From Azolla caroliniana (lineage: Eukaryota > Plantae > Polypodiophyta), in the NCBI GenBank assembly GCA_043228905.1, contig JBHGNT010001109.1, forward strand, positions 1 through 11,995: a stretch of DNA of 11,995 bases. The letters run 5' to 3'. This document shows positions 8,601-11,995 of this stretch, one piece after another; position 1 is the first letter of the stretch; each line of letters starts with the position of its first letter. The position numbers and the translations under genes are program-made. The notes beneath the pieces were generated by a model. The model saw only the letters and a list, made by a program, of their open reading frames with translations, ran no database searches and was not told the origin of the DNA.

Positions 8601-8868
8601 CGGTATCCGGCAGGAGGAGTACCGACTCTACTGCGACAGTCAGAGTGCCATCCACCTTGCGAAGAATGCGGCCTATCACTCCCGGACGAAGCACATCCAG
8701 CGTAGATACCACTGGATCCGGGAAAGGATAGAAGACAAGGAGTTCATGCTGACGAAGATCCACACGGACGAGAACGGGTCGGATATGCTGACCAAGGTAC
8801 TCACACCCGACAAGCTGGAAGCATGCCGGAAAAGGATCGGATTGGAGAGACATCCCATGCCGAAGTGA
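5629..8868 (+). CDS. Copia Gag-Pol polyprotein (1079 aa) lacking the zinc knuckle, protease and integrase HH half
   Basis: First ATG after the PBS. Gag LNSQNYADWK, LPKSW; IN VHTDV, RADNGGEY, NGLAERMNR; RT YKARIV, QMDVKTAFLHG, LKKSLYGLKQAP, YVDD; RH FTDSD, TEAEY, CDSQSAI. No stop codons. Confidence 0.92.
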   Translation: MEGGGSGPPGMMVLNSQNYADWKIKMEDLLIVRDLYEPIDNAEIPKGVIESEWKLLNRKAVATIRQYVDVSVLQHVANDTNAYEMWKKLSGLYERKNALNRTSLMRKIVNLKYRDGENMVEHVSMFMGFVNQLAAIKFPLEDAMQAIILMCTLPKSWENLVVTLSTSCTEDNLPESWEKGMKRLADDNLIPVKHVHLEKCTDCLAGKQNRTSFHSRPPTRRSVPLELVHTDVCQVETKSHGGAQYFVTFIDDHSRKLWTAPLKTKDQVLSVFKELHARVERESGKKLKAIRADNGGEYRGQFTEYCRSKGIWLEFTVPKTPELNGLAERMNRTIMERVRSMLAHAKLPKGFWAEAMSTATYVINRSPSVPLDGDTPQKVWTGKEVSYRHLKVFGCLAYVHVAKDRRGKLDPKTRPCIFLGYGDDEFGYRVWDPVDKKIFRSRDIIFMEDKILADGESEKKMKSSKSTGEDQLYEEQSRPARDRLALEDPAEDGEETEPAEEDETDTGTGPDPEMDLDEEETEEPVTEAPERRYPLRERRGPRRFPEPEHVLLTDEGEPESFEEAKLDTHSRRWLSAMQEEMDSLHENHTYELVELPKGKQALRNKWVFKLKPGDAGNPPRYKARIVVKGFQQKKGVDFDEIFAPVVKMTSIRTVLSIAASMDLEVEQMDVKTAFLHGDLKEEIYMQQPEGFEKKGKEHLVCRLKKSLYGLKQAPRQWYRKFDSFMTNEGYHKTQSDHCVFVKKFEGGDFLILLLYVDDMLIVGRDQGKIRMLKKALHRTFSMKDLGPARQILGMHIIRDRKKKQLWLSQEKYVTKVLHRFNMSEARPVGSTLPANCKLSSKQSPKTKAEKEDMMKVPYASAVGSLMYAMVCTRPDIGYAVGVVSRYMSNPGKEHWNAAKWILRYLKGTANVCLRFGSGKPELDGFTDSDMSADADTSRSTSGYVMTYAGGAVSWQSRLQKTVALSTTEAEYMAAVEAGKEIIWMKDFIRELGIRQEEYRLYCDSQSAIHLAKNAAYHSRTKHIQRRYHWIRERIEDKEFMLTKIHTDENGSDMLTKVLTPDKLEACRKRIGLERHPMPK

Positions 8869-8876
8869 AGGGGGAG
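8867..8876 (+). other. Polypurine tract of the inner Copia
   Basis: GAAGGGGGAG, 2 nt before the 3' LTR and overlapping the stop codon. Confidence 0.92.
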
Positions 8877-8878
8877 TT

Positions 8879-9604
8879 TGTTGGGATTACGGTCCCTCCG
8901 GATGGGATGGTCGGATGTCCGGGAATCGGATGATGAATACCCCGGCTATGGAGCCGGATGATGAAGACCCCGGTTACGGAGCCGGATGCTGAAGACCCCG
9001 ACTACGGAGCCGGATGCTGAAGACCCCCGACTACGGAGCCGGATGCTGAAGACTCCGGCTACGGAGCCGGATGATGAAGACCCCGGCTACGGAGCCGGAT
9101 GCTGAAGACCCCGGTTACGGAGCCGGATGACGAATGTACCCGGAGAGAGATCCGGATGCGGGGACATATTTGTGAATATGTTTGCCAAGAGCCCTTGAGG
9201 CTATATTTGTAAATAGCCCGAAAGTCATATGTGTATAAATATGACTTAGGGCAAACAGTTTTTGTTGTTGCTCATTTTCTGTTTTCCACTTAGAGGGAGC
9301 GAAGTGAGAGCAGCCGAGAGAGAGAGAGAGAGAAAGGAAGAGGTCGACGCCTCTGTGTAATACCGCCGCCTGTGGCGAGGACAGCGAGCTCAAGGTCGTC
9401 GCCTTGCAGCTCGCCATTGTACATTCCCTGCGTATAGTGATAGTTGGAGTCTTGCACTCCCGTGGTTTTTCCCGTTTAGGGTTTTCCACGCTAAACCCTA
9501 TGCATTCGAGTCTCTCTCTGTGTTTTGGATTTACTGGTGCACTGACTCGTGTTTCCTCGGTTGTGGCCGAGAGGTGAAGGTTTGAAATCGTCGATTCTCT
9601 AACA
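8879..9604 (+). repeat. Inner Copia 3' LTR (726 bp)
   Basis: TGTTGG...TAACA; direct repeat of 4872-5597. Confidence 0.96.
8928..9134 (+). repeat. Second copy of the 7 x 28-bp array (3' LTR)
   Basis: Same unit order and variants as 4921-5127, with one substitution. Confidence 0.95.
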
Positions 9605-10375
9605 CCAAATTCTCCTAATTGTAGGCCCGAAGGACTTCCAGCTCGGTTGGTGACAAATTGTAGATCGGTCCCCATGGCGGCTCTTTTCCCGGTTGTAAAT
9701 CAATGGGGCAATCGTACGGTCGATGATGAGGAAGTGTATTGGCTTGTACTTTATCGAACACATCGGCATAATGACGATACTTCTTGAGAAGTTGAACGGT
9801 GGATTCTTCTTTAGTGGTGCTGGAGGGGTTTACTGATATTGCAAAGAGGAACATTTCCTCCTTGCGCCCTTCTTTACGCAACTGATGTAGCGAAATGGTT
9901 GCCATCTTCTGAGTTGACCCTTGGGTTTGTCGACACCAGATTTCTCTTGTTCTCCAATCTATGTCTGGGTTATGTAACTCGAAACACGACAATCCTAAAA
10001 CTATGGGATGTTCTGGGATACTAATAATATTAAACGATACTACACATGCTAAGTTATCTAGGACAATATTAATGGGCTCTGACTCTTCTATGATATTTCC
10101 GGAAGCAATGGGACGTCCATCAATGACTACAACAGAGGCTGGATACTTGAGTTTTCTTAGGGATATCTTATAAGCTTGAGCAAATTTCTTATCCATAAAG
10201 CAAGAGTTAGCTCCGGAATCTAGGAGTGCTAGGACATGTACTGGAGGGACATGTACTGGAGGGCTACGAACACATCACTAACTTGTTTAGAGGGAATGGA
10301 ACGACTAATGGGCTGCACAGATCTAGGGTTGTCCAACCAAACGGCTCCTATTTTGGCTAGACTTAGTCGTTTAAC
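9605..10375 (-). pseudogene. pol: Gypsy pol, 5' part: aspartic protease and RT N-terminal linker
   Basis: VLALLDSGANSCFMD (DSG at 10212-10220), IVLGL, LPHHRPYDCPIDL, PPWGPIYNLSPTELEVLR. In-frame TAG at 9615; frame break at a 15-bp duplication (10232-10261). Confidence 0.9.
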
Positions 10376-11514
10376 TCTTCTTCTAACTGACTAAGGACAT
10401 CAAATCTGTTCGCTAGATCTAGGCTATTAGTACTATTAGGAATATCAGATATCCCTACTGAAATAGGCTCGGGTTTAGTACAATTAGAACTAGCGACTAT
10501 TTGGTTTACCTGTCTTCTTGGCCTATGGGGGCAATTTATTGCAATATGTCCTGGTCCACCACAGTAAAGACATAGTCGATTTGTACGGCGTCACTGCTTT
10601 TCTTCTTCGGATAATGGCCCTCGACGACGTGTAGTGTCAATCTCCATCGGAGTCGGAGTATTCGCTGGAGGCGCATTATATGACTCCCTCAGAAAAGGTC
10701 TTGCTACCACTGAGGCATAGGTGGGCTCTGATCTTGCCCTCGGCATCTGTAGCTGTCGTTCCGAACGTCGCTCAAAGAGGCGGTTGTCACATCTCACCGC
10801 GCGACTGATTGCTTCTGTTAAGGACTTTGGCTCTTCGGGGAAGGTCAAGAGTAAATCCTTGACGTCGTTGCGTAAACCATAACGGAATTGCTCCATCAAC
10901 GCTTGATCATCCCAAGGGATATCGGCGGCGAGTAGGCGAAAATCTGTAGCGTATGCGGAGGCTGGACAGTCACCTTGGCGTAATCGCCGAATTTTGTTGA
11001 TTGCGGTCCTGATGCTGTCAGTATCTCCGAAACATGCTTTAAACTCATCTAGAAACTCTTCAAAATTGTTGAGTAACGGAGATTCCTTTTCTAATAGTGG
11101 AGCGAACCATGCCAACGTTGAGCCACTTAACAAAGTGCCTACTAAACCCACTCGTGATGCATCGGTGGGATATCGGGAAGGATGAATTTGAATAACTAAT
11201 CGTACCTGGTTAAGGAACCCTCTAAACTGCGATCGCGTTCCATCAAACTTCGTGGGAAGACCAATCTTGGGTTCTTTATGAATCCCTTATGTTTCGGGCC
11301 CTTGTTGTTGCATCGCTACGATGGTTGCTTCGAGTTCTTGCACGCGTAACGCAAGTTCCCCATGCTATTGTTGCGTTTGCTGCTTTCCTAAGGAGATTTG
11401 TTGAAGATCCCCCAGCAACCGTTGGTTTTCTTGTTCCAAAGCATGGAACTTCTCTTTCAAGCATTGAAATTCCGGGAAAACAGATTGATATTCTTCAACG
11501 CTAACAGTGGCCAT
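10363..11514 (-). pseudogene. gag: Gypsy gag (N-terminal Q/E-rich helical region, capsid, CCHC zinc knuckle)
   Basis: ATG at 11514; EPKIGLPTKFDG, LRQG, FRYGL, PTPMEID, CLYCGGPGHIAINC; ends EEELND*. One frameshift near 11450 and premature stops (for example 10591). Confidence 0.88.
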
Positions 11515-11574
11515 GGGATGAAAGAAAAGAGGAATAAGAGATTAGTAGGAAATGAGAGAGACAGAAGGTAGGAA

Positions 11575-11586
11575 AAATCGGTTCAA
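11575..11586 (-). other. Non-tRNA (self-priming type) primer-binding site of the Gypsy element
   Basis: Minus strand TTGAACCGATTT, 2 nt inside the 5' LTR boundary, lacks TGG and is the exact complement of the minus-strand LTR sequence at 11790-11801. Confidence 0.8.
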
Positions 11587-11588
11587 AC

Positions 11589-11995
11589 TGTCAGGAACAG
11601 TACGAAGACAGAGAAGGAATTAGTACTAAAAGAAGTATTAGTACTAAGAGAGGTGAAGAACTCTCGAGAGAAGGAAAGAGTGAGAGAGAGGGAGGGAGAC
11701 AGAGATTGAGAGAAAGAGAGAGTGATGATAAGAAGAGATATATATTATATGAAGAAAATGTACAATAGCTAGGAGGTTGAAGACTGGCATTGAACCGATT
11801 TGGTTCGAAATAATGCCTTGTGCCTCCTTTTATAGTGTTCTATGGAATACTCCTGAAGTTTCTAGAATGTACCAGAGAAATCTAGAATATACATCAATTT
11901 TCTATAATAAAACATAAATGAAAATAATATTCTACGTATTACAATGTATAGTCTAATGGTCAAGAGCTCGACCCATGTAGCATAAGGTCATGGGT
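11589..11995 (-). repeat. Gypsy 5' LTR (truncated by the window end, about 23 bp missing)
   Basis: Direct repeat of 1632-2040. Confidence 0.95.

Larger units (their letters stand above)
4872..9604 (+). mobile_element. Inner Ty1/Copia LTR retrotransposon (Tnt1/Tork-like), 4733 bp, internally deleted
   Basis: Two 726-bp LTRs, TSD, PBS, PPT and one gag-IN-RT-RH ORF. Confidence 0.97.
1632..11995 (-). mobile_element. Ty3/Gypsy chromovirus LTR retrotransposon (Tcn1/Tf1-sushi-like), near full length, degenerate, split by a Copia insertion at 4872-9604
   Basis: Direct LTRs at 1632-2063 and 11589 onward. Minus-strand gag-PR-RT-RH-IN-chromodomain order and a PPT next to the left LTR. Clade is inferred from the aromatic-cage chromodomain, PEG10-like gag and non-tRNA PBS. 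Confidence 0.95.

Noticed and set aside
5674-8858. Many overlapping alternative-frame and antisense ORFs over the Copia polyprotein
   Set aside because: Shadow ORFs expected in GC-rich coding DNA; no recognisable motifs.
2056-11514. env-like or captured host gene; domesticated PEG10/RTL1-like gene
   Set aside because: All internal sequence is accounted for by gag/pol, and the gag is LTR-flanked and disrupted.

Overview
Eukaryotic (plant-type) repeat DNA with no host gene, made of three nested LTR retrotransposons in alternating orientation. (1) A decayed Ty1/Copia pol fragment (+, 1-1631) is cut at the start of RT. (2) It is interrupted by a decayed Ty3/Gypsy chromovirus (-, 1632 to beyond 11995; 432-bp LTR, about 96% LTR identity by hand count; gag, PR, RT, RH, IN, chromodomain). 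(3) The Gypsy RT is split by a younger Tnt1/Tork-like Copia (+, 4872-9604; 726-bp LTRs about 99% identical; CCAAA TSD; tRNA-iMet PBS; PPT). The inner Copia's single open 1079-aa ORF lacks the zinc knuckle, protease and half of the integrase zinc finger through an in-frame, filler-patched deletion. The most notable signals are non-coding. The Gypsy element has a Tf1-like self-priming PBS, a heat-shock element array next to its TATA box, an antisense tRNA-spaced Pol III A/B-box module that doubles as a long hairpin at the U3 edge, and a candidate -1 frameshift signal at the end of gag. The inner Copia LTR has a 7x28-bp hairpin array and a palindrome cluster around its TATA box. All counts and alignments were done by eye.
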